DNA from: Schizochytrium sp. TIO01 | Lineage: Eukaryota; Protista; Bigyra: Labyrinthulomycetes | DNA: 64,000 bases | Direction of reading: 5' to 3' | Assembly (NCBI GenBank): GCA_004764695.1 | Contig: SMSO01000032.1 | Span: 2,046,001 to 2,110,000, forward strand | Shown: piece by piece, positions 51,024 through 62,072 of the stretch | Position numbering within the stretch: position 1 is the first letter of the stretch | Layout: each line of letters begins with the position of its first letter | The notes under the pieces: generated by a model | What the model saw: the letters and a program-made list of their open reading frames with translations, nothing else | The model's database searches: none | Told to the model about the DNA's origin: nothing | Made by a program: the position numbers and the translations under genes

Positions 51024-51852
51024 ATGGGCAACATCCCACTTCACGCCACTAACATCCTGCTCTTTGCCAGCGGAGTAAGTAAGAGAAATGGATGATTAGC
51101 TCTCACTAGTCATCGCACAGATAGGTTCAATTGCTTTCTTAGCTTATTTCAGACCTGTCAGGAGCGTGCGGGAGCACTAAAATGAGAGTAGATCGAGAGA
51201 TTTTTTATTTGAAATAGAAAGCATTGCTTCAAGATTACTAACAAAGATTGTTCTGATCAAACCTTTGCGTCCATGACTGCAATTATTTTTACAGGTGCTC
51301 GCATATATTGCTCCGGGCTGGACGGCCCTTGACTACTCCGACACTACTTGGGGTCATGGCCTCTTGTATGGCTTTCGCAAGTTCACTGGCGATGATGATA
51401 GCTTTGACTACACTTATGTGCAAGCTAGTGGTGTGGTAGAGTTTGGTGATGAGACAATCGTTGATGTTTCTAGTACGCCCTGGATTGCTATGCCTATTTT
51501 AGCAATGCTTGCCATGGCTGTCATGATTGCACAGTTCTGCATGGCGTGCAGCCCTGCTGCAGTTGGTGCTACGCGCTTTACTGCGGTGCTTATTATTCTC
51601 TGCCAGGTTTCGATTATGATTGCCTATGTATTTACTGACTTCTGGGTTGAAATGAGCGATCGCTGTGATGATCCCTTGACATACACTTGTGATGAAAGTG
51701 CAATTAAGTGGACCTTCTCTCGTAGTGTCAGCGGCATCGGTTACACTACTGTTGTCTACAAGTTTTGGTGGAGCTACTTCTTTGGCTGTGTGGTAATTCT
51801 CTTTTCTCTCATCTCGCTCTGTCTCGCACAGGCAGCGACTAGCCGCGAGTAA
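51024..51852 (+). CDS. 202-aa four-TM claudin/PMP22/amastin-like tetraspan membrane protein; exons 51024-51074 and 51295-51852
   Basis: GTAAGT donor at 51075, TACTAAC at ~51236 and CAG acceptor ending 51294 give MGNIPLHATNILLFASG|VLAYIAPGW...GL; four hydrophobic helices and a Cys pair in the second loop. Confidence 0.75.
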
Positions 51853-52262
51853 GCATTATTCAACTGCTGTTTTACCTAATAGCTTTCTTTCTAAATTGTT
51901 GCACCAACATAAATCTGATCAAATTTTGTGAGTTGTTGAAGGCTTTTTTATTTTCATCTTTGTTTCCTCTTTGTTGCATGTCGTCAATTAGAGTTTCTGA
52001 TCAAACCATTTGAGAACCACTGGAAGATTCGCAAGTATATCCTTGGTCTCCCTTTTCTGCATTTTTTCTTTTCTTTTTCTTTTTTTAAAACGAGATGTAT
52101 GCATAGTAATGCCAGACGCTCGGTCTAGGTCAAACTTGATAGGTTTAGAAAGATAGTTCATTCAAATTATCGAGATCAGGATATTAAGATTCCAGATGGG
52201 GTGGTTGGTCCCTTGTTGCCTGTGTAAGTCTCATGTGAAAGCACCCGTGCACGCAGGCAATC

Positions 52263-52628
52263 TTAAAGAAAGAGCAAAGATAACCAGCCAGCCATGAGCG
52301 AGAGGCCTCCAACAGGGGTGATCATACCTAACTTGGACTCGCCAGTGAGCACCATAGCATACAAAGATCCAGAAAACAAGACGATACCTGTAGAGAAGAG
52401 CATAGTCGGAAGAGTTATGGAGGGTGCAGCCTTACCCGCTACTGATGATTTGCCCATGTGCGCCACCACGAGCAGCGCTACGCTGTGCACGAGATGATAA
52501 TGTGCAGCAGTCTCCCAAACCTGCAGCATTCTGGGCTCAACCTTGGAGCGCAGGCCATGAGCTCCAAATGCGCCCAGGCCGATAGCCAGGGCACCAGAGA
52601 TACCAGCCACTGCAAGAGTGCTCTTCAT
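52263..52628 (-). CDS. TMEM256: DUF423 / TMEM256 (YgdD-like) membrane protein
   Basis: LGAFGAHGL, WETAAHYHLVHS, GIVLFSGSLY and ITPVGG...GW are the DUF423 signature. Confidence 0.92.
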   Translation of the reverse strand: MKSTLAVAGISGALAIGLGAFGAHGLRSKVEPRMLQVWETAAHYHLVHSVALLVVAHMGKSSVAGKAAPSITLPTMLFSTGIVLFSGSLYAMVLTGESKLGMITPVGGLSLMAGWLSLLFL

Positions 52629-53324
52629 GATGAGATTCCACAATCTATTGGCTCCTAAACCTGTGTGAAATCAATTTGCAGAACCTGAAAGAGTTCCTTG
52701 CAGCAAGACTCGTTAGTGACCCTTCACATCAGCCCAATCCTGACTCCAAGATCTTAGTTACTTGCAGCCATCTACTACTCGCCATGACACACAACGCTGT
52801 CGAATCGACTTACAAAGTTGCTTCCGAAGCCACGACCTGCGCCAAAACCACCGTCGACCTCCAGCAATAAAGGATTTGCTGCGTCGCTTGCTATCCATGG
52901 GCCGGTCGGCCTTAGTGTTTTAAGGCGAAAATTCATCATGGTTATTCAAGTTGAGAACATAGAAACATTCCCATTACCATTATGGATTATTAATTAAAGT
53001 TTTTGAAGCTGTAATGTAATATCTAAACTTTGCGGAGATGTGTTGAAGGCTAGAAAGTTGTAGGTAGGTAGGTAGGTAGGTGATGTCAGCACTCTCATTC
53101 AAGGCTATTTATCCCTAACAACCCTTTTCAAAGAAAGCAAACTTAAAGGATAGATAATCCATTAAGCTCCTATCGCCCGCTTGTAGATCAATACATAAAG
53201 AACTGCCTGCCTGCCTGGCAGCTCGGCTCGAAACTCGGTTAGAGCTTTGCGCTCAGACCGCGTGTGAGCTCGAGGGGACTGGCAGAGCGTACCTGGGGCT
53301 GTCGGTGAAGCCTCAAACCTCGCG

Positions 53325-55133
53325 ATGACAAATATGATGGTACTATGGCGGCACTTCGCACTTGTCGTTGCGGTAGCGGTGGTCGTTGCTGTGCTGGGCT
53401 CGCCGCAAACAGTCCGCGCTGCTGCTAGTACTTCGAAAGCGTCTAAACCATCCACATCTGCGAAAGATGCGGATTCGCAATTCTCAACTTCTGGTTCGGG
53501 TCAGCAGAAGTCCCCAGCAAATCAAGATCCCCGAAAACAAGACGTTAAGGTTGGAATGCACCTTGATTTGGGAGACAATGCTGTCGAAGATGACGACTAC
53601 GATGACGATTACGATGATGATTATGATGACGAGAATGATGAGGATGAGGATGATAATAAAGCTAAAGAAGAGCTTGTTCGTGAACAATTTCTGCACCACA
53701 ATTCAAATAAGCAGAAATCATCTTCTACAGTTCAAATCCAGCAACAACCAAAACAACAGCAACAACCAAAACAACAGCAGCAGCAGCAACAACAACAGCA
53801 ACAAAAGAAGAAGCAGACTTTTAATAAAAAAGATAAACCAAGTGCTAGTTCGATGGGTAATCTTCATTATTCTGAGGACCCTACTGCTGCACGAAGCCGT
53901 TACCTTATTCACCAGCTTCAACAAATTCAAGGAATAGAACTAGTTTCACAGCCCGAGGTATCCACTAGTAATACGTGGAAGATGACAAACATTCAGGGTG
54001 TTCCATACGAATGTGGATTCGCTGCTTCCATGGGAGGTGAAAGTTTGTATGGTTTTAGTAAGGATGATGGAGCCGCGACAGCTCATGCAGGAGGTGGAGG
54101 CTCAAAACCAATCTTGCAATCAGAAGATGTGCTGCGCTCTCTCGAAGGCCTGTGCATTTTTGTACAAAAAGATTATTGGTCCTATGATGTTTGCTACAAG
54201 GATGGCATTTATCAGTACCATGGCATGTCACGTGCCAAAGCATCTCCTGTCTGGAGTCTTGGTGCTTACGATCCAAATGAGACATTTGTGGTTACCAACA
54301 CTGTGACAACGGCGTCCTCAGTTTCCAATGGGCAAGATTCTAAGCATGCAAACTCGGGCAAATCATCATCTCTAGCATTGGTGCAAAGGTACAGAAATGG
54401 TCAAGTGTGCGATGAAACGGGTAAACCTCGAGAGTCCAGAATTGAATATTTTTGTTGTCCGCATCTTGCGAACAACCCAGGCCAAGATTTCCAGCTCGAG
54501 TCTCTTAACGAACATCAAATCTGTAATTACACCATTACAATATGCTCTAGTGCACTTTGTAACGCCGGGTTCGTGCCACGCGGCTCAACGGATGCCTGGA
54601 CAACCTTACGTACAATTTCTGGTTTGTGCTTTCAAGATACCTTGGATTGGTGGACATACAGTGTTTGTGTGGAACGTGGTGTTCAACAGTTCCATGTGCA
54701 GGAATCAGTCGGTACCAATGGCAAACGTCTGGTGCAGAAAACCTCGGAATATAGTCTTGGCAAATTCCAATCTGATCCAGCATATAACCTCCCAGCAACT
54801 CTCACTGCTGGATCAAGTATGGAAAAGGACCCACACTCTCGCACATTATTGTATATTGATAGGGATCGTCGTAATCCTGCCATCGTTCAAGTTTATACTG
54901 ATGGCTCACCATGTGCTGTATCTAAAACGCGAAGCCGCATGACAATAGTCCGATTTGTATGTGATCGTGCATCAGAGCGTGCATCAGAAACAAATAGAAT
55001 TCTCAATGTCGAAGAAGTGACATCATGCAGATATATTTTGACTTTCCATTCTCATCTGCTTTGTCAGCATTCTCTTTTTAACACAGAAGAAGAGCGAGGC
55101 GAAAAGGTCACATGCAACCCCGCTCAAACGTAA
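53325..55133 (+). CDS. ER lectin with two MRH domains (ERLEC1/XTP3-B/OS-9 family)
   Basis: N-terminal signal/hydrophobic segment, then two MRH domains (C..YWSYDVC...QYH...NGQVCD..G.PR and WWTYSVC...QFH...DGSPC...R...CRY); acidic and polyQ linker. Confidence 0.9.
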   Translation: MTNMMVLWRHFALVVAVAVVVAVLGSPQTVRAAASTSKASKPSTSAKDADSQFSTSGSGQQKSPANQDPRKQDVKVGMHLDLGDNAVEDDDYDDDYDDDYDDENDEDEDDNKAKEELVREQFLHHNSNKQKSSSTVQIQQQPKQQQQPKQQQQQQQQQQQKKKQTFNKKDKPSASSMGNLHYSEDPTAARSRYLIHQLQQIQGIELVSQPEVSTSNTWKMTNIQGVPYECGFAASMGGESLYGFSKDDGAATAHAGGGGSKPILQSEDVLRSLEGLCIFVQKDYWSYDVCYKDGIYQYHGMSRAKASPVWSLGAYDPNETFVVTNTVTTASSVSNGQDSKHANSGKSSSLALVQRYRNGQVCDETGKPRESRIEYFCCPHLANNPGQDFQLESLNEHQICNYTITICSSALCNAGFVPRGSTDAWTTLRTISGLCFQDTLDWWTYSVCVERGVQQFHVQESVGTNGKRLVQKTSEYSLGKFQSDPAYNLPATLTAGSSMEKDPHSRTLLYIDRDRRNPAIVQVYTDGSPCAVSKTRSRMTIVRFVCDRASERASETNRILNVEEVTSCRYILTFHSHLLCQHSLFNTEEERGEKVTCNPAQT

Positions 55134-55904
55134 TTTGCAGTAATGATCTAGACATTAATTGCATTCTCGAGTTTGTGCACCTTTGTCCTGCTAATCCAAT
55201 TTATCTGCTTTGCCTAACCATGCAGATTTACAAGCATTGTTCTATTGTTAGATTCACTAATTAAGTGCACACAGTGCAACTCTCAATTGATTGTTCTTCG
55301 TTTGATTGCTGGGTGTGACACTATTTATTATCGATGATTTATGGTATTGAGTTACTAGACTTTTGCATTCACACCCTTCATGCATTGCTGTAAAAATTTC
55401 TACTCAGCTGACTTCTTTAGACAAAAATCAATTTAGGCCCATCGTATAATATACTTAGGCTAGGCAACATCCAGACCATAATATCAAGCCAACGATCAGG
55501 CTACTACCGAATTGCCGAAATACCCCACCTACTATCTCATACAAATATGACCCGAAACTCATTTCTCTTCAATTTTCAATGATGGCTTCGAGTCCGACAC
55601 GCCTGAATAGTGACCAGTAGTACTAGGTAGGAACCGTCTGGTTAGTACTACCTACCTAGTAATACAAGAAGGCTGGCTTAGCTTTCAACCAAATTTTTTA
55701 AAATTCAATTTAGTTTTGAACTAAGGAGCGTCGCGGTAAGTACAGGGCGAAAGTTGACAACGCAAGGAAATTAATGCAGCAAACTCGTAACCTAAGCAGA
55801 CATACAAAACACTGCTATCTAGACCTCACGCGAGGGTAAAGCAGCATAGAGCAGAAAGACAGAAAGACAAAAGTCGTGACAGTAGAACTTTTTTCGCAGT
55901 CAAC

Positions 55905-56995
55905 ATGGGGTTCGATGAGGCACTCTTGCGTCCAGAGTAAGTTCTGAGTATGATGGAAATATTATTCCATAATATCAAGGTAAAACACATCCAGTTGCTA
56001 TTTTGTATAGCGAACGATGGTGTCTTAAATCAAGCATCGTATGACGGAATGAATCGAAAGTTTGACACTAACTGTCAAGAGTTTAATTGCTGCTTTGCTT
56101 ACATTTGATTGAATCGGATCATGATTCCAGTGTCAAGGGCCGCGTTGTAATCTGCACAGGCGCCAGCCGCGGCATCGGTCGGGAATGTGTTCTTGCTTTA
56201 GCTCGCTTAGGCTGCAATGTTGTGGTTGCTGCGAAGACAATAGAGCCGCACCCAACTCTGCCTGGTACGATTTACACCGTCGCCAAAGAATGCGAAGAAC
56301 TAGGTGTGAAAGCACTTCCAGTGCAGGTCGACGTACGCAATGAAGAAGATGTACAAGCTTGTATAGATCTCACCATGAAAACCTTTGGCCGCATCGATAT
56401 TCTCATTAACAATGCCAGTAGCCTCTGGTGGCAAGACATTGTTGACACACCCATGAAGCGGGCTGATCTTATTTACGAGGTGAATGCCCGTGGTACATTC
56501 ATGATGACCAAGGCATGCCTTCCTCACATGCAGAAGAATGGCTATGGGCATGTGATCAACATGAGCCCCCCTGTGAGCACAAAGGGCATTGGGGGTAGAA
56601 CCGCATACTACATCTCCAAGCTTGGCATGACTATTGTTGCCCTCGGCGTTGCGCAAGAGTATCCAGGAGTCATCTCTGGCAACACCTTGTGGCCCCGCAC
56701 TGTGATTGAAAGCCTTGCCTCTAAAAATCACAAGCTTGGTACACCTGAAATGTGGCGCAAAGCCAGCATCATTAGCGACTGTGTGCTAGTTCTTATCTCG
56801 AAGGGCCTTAACTACTCTGGAAACATGCTTATTGACGAGGAGTTGCTACGCAGCTGTGGAATGACCGACTTCTCTAGATATCAAGTTGTGCCAGGATCAG
56901 AGCCTCCCTCCATGGCCGATCTTGATGCGTCTGGAAGCAGAGAATTGCGTAAAAGAGGACGTGCACTTGTCCGCGCCCCTGGTGCAAAGCTTTAG
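55905..56995 (+). CDS. HSDL2-like short-chain dehydrogenase/reductase with PTS1; exons 55905-55936 and 56131-56995
   Basis: Splice GA|gtaagt...cactaac...cag|T gives MGFDEALLRPDVKGRVVICTGASRGIG; AKTIEPHPTLPGTIYTVA, NNAS and YYISK catalytic motif; ends AKL; no SCP2 domain. Confidence 0.92.
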
Positions 56996-57874
56996 GCATC
57001 TTCGTGTACTTTGCTTCTATAATTAAAAAATATATATTGAACTCATCTCAATCACTTTATTCATGTTAATTTCGGCATCATCGATGATATAGGAGCTGTC
57101 AGAAAGTGGCCCAAATCGCCTCATGTCATCATCCTTTCAGAGGCATCAAGTTACTCGTTGTTTGGATTCACAAATACAGAATGTAGCAAGACCACAGCAA
57201 GCTCTGCCTGTACTTAGTCACATCTCGAATCCTATTTGCGTTTGTCCATCTAATTGCGATTATGCAGTTCGGTACAGCATCTCTACATAGTGATAACACT
57301 TATGTGTATGAACATGCTCACGTCGGTTCTTGCCAGAACTCGCTCGGCTTTCTGTATATGCCGTATGTAGCGTTTTCATGTACCATTGCGCCTAAGCATT
57401 CAAGGTTCTCTAGCCAACTCTCGTGTGTTTTGATAGCTCAAATCCGCGTCAGACTAGTCCCATCGCATAGGCTCTTCTTTGTAGTTTCCATCATTGCATC
57501 ACACTATCATTCTCCCAAGTAGCTCGCGAGCCCAAAATATTTTAAGACTACATTTCTGATTCGCCAAATGGCGTCTCCAGATGCGCTTTTCTTGTGCCAC
57601 AGATTTTTATTGTGGCCCCTACCTAATTTCCATACTACATAGGTACCTAGTAAAATAAAGAGACATACTAATGTATAGTAGAAGAAATCAGAGAAAGAAC
57701 GTACAAGTAGGAAAGAGAGAGTGAGAACAAAAAGAAGGAAAAAGAAAGCTACCTACCTAATGGATAAGTGAGACTGAGCATTTTGAGCAGCAAAACCGCA
57801 ATCAATTTCGTGTGGATCTCAAGTTGCGAGCGTGCCTGCGAGTTGACACTTGGCCAGAAGTATATTTGGGCACC

Positions 57875-59386
57875 ATGGGGCACGGCCATACTGATATGTG
57901 TGACGGGGAGTGTTCGCATAGCACTCAGGGTGGTCCTGAAGAGGCTGGCTCGAGGCTCTCCTGGGTTGAGCAAGAGCGCCTTGAGCTTGCTTCAGACCCG
58001 GTGCTTTCACAACGACGCAAGATTGGTGGAGCCAGTTTCTTGGCGTTGGGAGCAATTTTAGCATCATGGCAACATCGCAAGGCAATTATAGAGTCAACTA
58101 AATCCGCGGCCAGGCTCGACTCGCTCGGACTTATTATGGCGGCTGTCGGAGCAGGACTGTTGGCGCCGGGGGTCTTGCACTCTGAAGAGTTACCGTACAC
58201 CCCGTTTGCACCAACACATGCAAGACTTAGCCCTGACCATTCTGAAAGTGTCTTTGACTTCAAGGTCTTAAATAAGCGCTGGCGCAGCGAGGTTGAACGT
58301 ATGGAGCAGCATGTTGGGTTCCAGCCGTTCTGGTTTCCGGAGCCCATCCAAGAGCTTTTCCAGGATGCTTACGAAAAGCAACGTGAAGAGCGCAAACAAA
58401 AGCTTCTTGCTAAGGAAAAGGATATTGAAGATCGTGTGCGAAGCGAGTTGGAGGCTGGAAAGTCCCCTCGTAAGGTCCTCCAAGCGCTGAGCAAAACAGT
58501 TTTTGTGTTGGACTTTTCTGATTACGATAGTGTTGGCGACGCTGAGGATATCGGTCAGGCCGAGTGGACACGCCGCGTGCCATCTGGGACTGTTGAGTGG
58601 GTAGCATATCTGCGAGATGCGGTATCCTTCCTCATTCAGGCAGCTTCGGAGTTTGATGAAGTCGTCATTCGTCTTGCATCGCCTGGAGGATCTGTCACGG
58701 ACTATGGTCTTGCTGCCTCGCACATCCTCCGCTTACGCAAGGCCAAGATCAAGGTCACCATCTGCATTGATGAAATTGCCGCTAGCGGAGGATACATGAT
58801 GGCTTGCTGTGCTGATCGTATTGTAGCAGCGCCGTTCGCGCTCATTGGCTCAATTGGTGTTGTGGCGGAGCTCCCTAATTTCAACCGTCTTCTGAAGGAT
58901 CGCGTTGGAATCGATTACTTGCTTTTCACAGCTGGAAAGTACAAGCGAACAGTTCATATGCTTGCAGAAAACACTGAAGAAGGTATGGATAAGTTTCGTG
59001 AAGAGCTCGAAGCTATTCACGAGGCCTTTAAAGAGCATATCACCAGCAACCGACCTGCTGTCAAGGACATCGAGTCTTCAAGCACTGGTGAAGCATGGCT
59101 TGCCGGACAGGCAAAAGAACGTGGCCTAGTTGACGATATCATGACCAGTGATGAACTTTTAATGGAACTTGAGAAAGATGGTCGTGACCTCATTGCAATG
59201 TCGCTCCGTCGCCCCAAGCCCCGCCGTGTGTTTTCACATCTTCTTTGGGACCTCTTTGATTTCGAAGAGCTAAAGCATGGTCTTAAGGTACTTCGTGAGC
59301 TCATTCCGTCCAGCTCTGAGGCCCTTGCAGGAATGCAAGCCCTCCGTCAAGCTATCCATCCGCGTAGAATCCTTGCAAGACTGTAA
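57875..59386 (+). CDS. Peptidase S49, SohB-like serine protease
   Basis: EVVIRLASPGG..YGLAAS, AASGGYMMAC.AD.I.AAPFA.IGSIGVV...PNFNR.LK and TAGKYKRT...ENTEEG.DKFREELE closely follow proteobacterial SohB; start codon uncertain. Confidence 0.9.
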   Translation: MGHGHTDMCDGECSHSTQGGPEEAGSRLSWVEQERLELASDPVLSQRRKIGGASFLALGAILASWQHRKAIIESTKSAARLDSLGLIMAAVGAGLLAPGVLHSEELPYTPFAPTHARLSPDHSESVFDFKVLNKRWRSEVERMEQHVGFQPFWFPEPIQELFQDAYEKQREERKQKLLAKEKDIEDRVRSELEAGKSPRKVLQALSKTVFVLDFSDYDSVGDAEDIGQAEWTRRVPSGTVEWVAYLRDAVSFLIQAASEFDEVVIRLASPGGSVTDYGLAASHILRLRKAKIKVTICIDEIAASGGYMMACCADRIVAAPFALIGSIGVVAELPNFNRLLKDRVGIDYLLFTAGKYKRTVHMLAENTEEGMDKFREELEAIHEAFKEHITSNRPAVKDIESSSTGEAWLAGQAKERGLVDDIMTSDELLMELEKDGRDLIAMSLRRPKPRRVFSHLLWDLFDFEELKHGLKVLRELIPSSSEALAGMQALRQAIHPRRILARL

Positions 59387-60022
59387 GGACGATATGCAAC
59401 GCGCAAAGCAGACAGGAAGATCATGCACCTTTGCAATTTTCTAGCAAGACTCCGTAAGACTTTCGTTTTCTCACGTTGTTTGGTTTACCTTTTTTTCCTT
59501 CACTACTTTCACATGTGTGTTCAAACCAACAGGTGTGTAAAGAGCATGGTGAAGTGAGGGAGTGGCTGGCAAACCTATTGTGACCAAGCTTTCACTCAAT
59601 ACCACCCTCTATAGCAAAACTCTTCATTATGTGCATCTATATACAATTGAATGTAATCCGTTCAAAGATTCTATACACTTCAAACTTTCATTCTATTCGT
59701 GTTTATGATTTCCAGATTTTGCATAAGTAAATTAATAATACATAATGTTTGTTGAGTTACTTACTTAGCATTTCCCTTGATAAGACTAGGCATGCTAGTT
59801 GAATTGAGAGCTGAATTTATAATACAAAGAGCAAGACATGAGTCCTGGCCATACTAGATGTCTTCTCTTTACACCATTCACAGATCAGCAAGAATTGCAA
59901 GAATGCAAGAACGCCTGTGGAGCATCGCAGAAGCGTGCCGACGAGAGTTTTTGAGGTCTATGTAAGTTTGAAAATTCAAGTTATGTATCACATGATGGTT
60001 GCAAAGGCGTTTCGATAGAGAG

Positions 60023-61621
60023 TCAAGAGATTTGAGCTTGAGGGAACAACTTGCAAAATGAAGCAAAATCTTGCGACACTTGCTCTGAATACATATTGGA
60101 AATCTTCCACACCTCTTCAGTGAACTCCGTGCTCTTTGACATCGTGATAGTCTCTGAAATGACCTGTTCAAAACTGTATGGGACAAGACGGTCGTCAAAG
60201 TCATTATCGCTGCGAGCGTGCGCTGCTGCTAGAATAATGCCCCACTGTTCACTCAATTTGCGAAGACGCTTAGCACTGGTCAATTCACTGAGATCAAAGG
60301 TATCTTTGTAAGGGCTTCGTTGCCTCACTGAAAAGGATCTCCCAAACAAGGTGAGATTACCAACTGTGCTATCTACGAAAGAAAGCAGCGCCTCATTTGC
60401 TAGAGACACTCGAGCACCCTCCAGACCTTTGATATTAATTGAACTCATCACGATAGACTGTTCTGACTCGGACATAGCTATCGCAGTATGAGGAGTCTTC
60501 TGCACTTTAACATCAAGAATAAGATCGTCAAAAGATGAGTCCTGGCTATTGGCTTTGGCTACCAGCGCATAGTAGCGCTCAGTACCGTAGGAACCAGTAC
60601 CTGCTTTAAGTCTTTTTGCGATGTCCTTGATATTGAATGTTGCATCTTCCTGCAGCTCGATATGGAGTGAGTCCAGATATGATGTGATGGCTGCCCGTAG
60701 TGCTGCTGATGTTTTGTAATCGACAGGACCAAGCTTTGAGGATTTAAGATCAAATTCAAGAGCCCCAGTCTCAGCACTAGATTTTGTCCACTTTTTAAGC
60801 ATTTTCTTTCTTGATTTTTTTCGCTCTACATCGTCAAGAAAGTCATCCAAACGGCCATAAGCATCCTTCTTGGTCCATTGAAATTGAACCTCATCATCGT
60901 TACCTACAAAGCTCCGGAGCTGCTCCAAGTACTTGATTAAAAATTGGGAAACGGCCTCATGGCAGATATCCATTGACCAATCCTTTGTCTCTGCACGATT
61001 TTCCTTACAAGTTAAAATTATCGAGACTGACGCTCTAACCAGGTCAAAGCGAAAGTCAGCAACGAAACCTTCATCGAAATCGTTCAGATCATAAACAATG
61101 GTTCCCCGATTGTCGTCAAAAGACCCAAAGTTCTGTACATGAGCGTCGCCAGAAATCCAAATATTTAATTTGCTTTCTGGTTGAACCCTGGGCAGAGGCA
61201 AACTATCTGAGTGGATATCTTCATAGTAAACTCTGCTGGTTCCCCTGAAGAAGGCGAATTCATTGGCTCTTAAAAGATCCAGTTTCTCCTGTTTTGTAGA
61301 ATCATCCAGACCCTCTAGATCCAAAAGGACCATTTCTTTAATAAAATCATCACGTGCTTTGTTATTCCCTGACTGCTGTGACCAGGCGATGCTTGAAGAA
61401 TAGCTGTTCCCAGAGCTCCGCAAAAATATGATCCACCACAGATGCAAAACCAAACAAGCGCTAGTGACTTGAAGCAGCAGCTTGGCCGCGTTGCCTGGTA
61501 AAAGCGACTTTATGTAGATATTAACTTCTTGCCATAACTGCGAACCTCTTGGTCTCGATCGCGCAGGTCCTTTACCGGCCTTCTCACGCAAGTTGCCAGT
61601 GAATGCTGAGGTGGGCGTCAT
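60023..61621 (-). CDS. DUF2252-family (kinase-like) protein with N-terminal signal anchor
   Basis: FAFFRGT, GDAHVQNFG, YDLNDFDE, GTGSYG.ERYY and LAAAHARS are DUF2252 motifs; TM segment LLLQVTSACLVLHLWWIIFL; intronless. Confidence 0.85.
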   Translation of the reverse strand: MTPTSAFTGNLREKAGKGPARSRPRGSQLWQEVNIYIKSLLPGNAAKLLLQVTSACLVLHLWWIIFLRSSGNSYSSSIAWSQQSGNNKARDDFIKEMVLLDLEGLDDSTKQEKLDLLRANEFAFFRGTSRVYYEDIHSDSLPLPRVQPESKLNIWISGDAHVQNFGSFDDNRGTIVYDLNDFDEGFVADFRFDLVRASVSIILTCKENRAETKDWSMDICHEAVSQFLIKYLEQLRSFVGNDDEVQFQWTKKDAYGRLDDFLDDVERKKSRKKMLKKWTKSSAETGALEFDLKSSKLGPVDYKTSAALRAAITSYLDSLHIELQEDATFNIKDIAKRLKAGTGSYGTERYYALVAKANSQDSSFDDLILDVKVQKTPHTAIAMSESEQSIVMSSINIKGLEGARVSLANEALLSFVDSTVGNLTLFGRSFSVRQRSPYKDTFDLSELTSAKRLRKLSEQWGIILAAAHARSDNDFDDRLVPYSFEQVISETITMSKSTEFTEEVWKISNMYSEQVSQDFASFCKLFPQAQIS

Positions 61622-62072
61622 CCTGTTCGGCTTTTGCGGGATACACGAAGATACAAAGAAAAAAATAAAATGATTTCTTTAATTTTATTATTTCATAATT
61701 CCACTGGCAACTTGAAGAAGAGCAGAAACAAAACCCTGAGTATTTATTATAAAGATTTTAAACTTATTCTACAAACGCTATTCGCTAAGATTTTTCTTGT
61801 GCAGAAGTGACCAAGCCATTAAGTTATTGCAAAAAACAAGCTGAATTATAGTTAGATAAAAGGCAACGAAAGCATAAGGTTGAACTCAGCGCTAGCAGAC
61901 AAAGCTGACGTGGAGAATTTCAAACAAAGCCCTTCTTTGCAGTTGTTTTCTTTTTTAAATTGGAAGATGTTCTAGACAAGATGATGCGAGTTGCGCTGTT
62001 CGATTTCAATGAAGTATGCTTAAGAACAAGTAGTTCATCTCATTTCTTGGTCCAGTGTGAAAGATTGAACAA

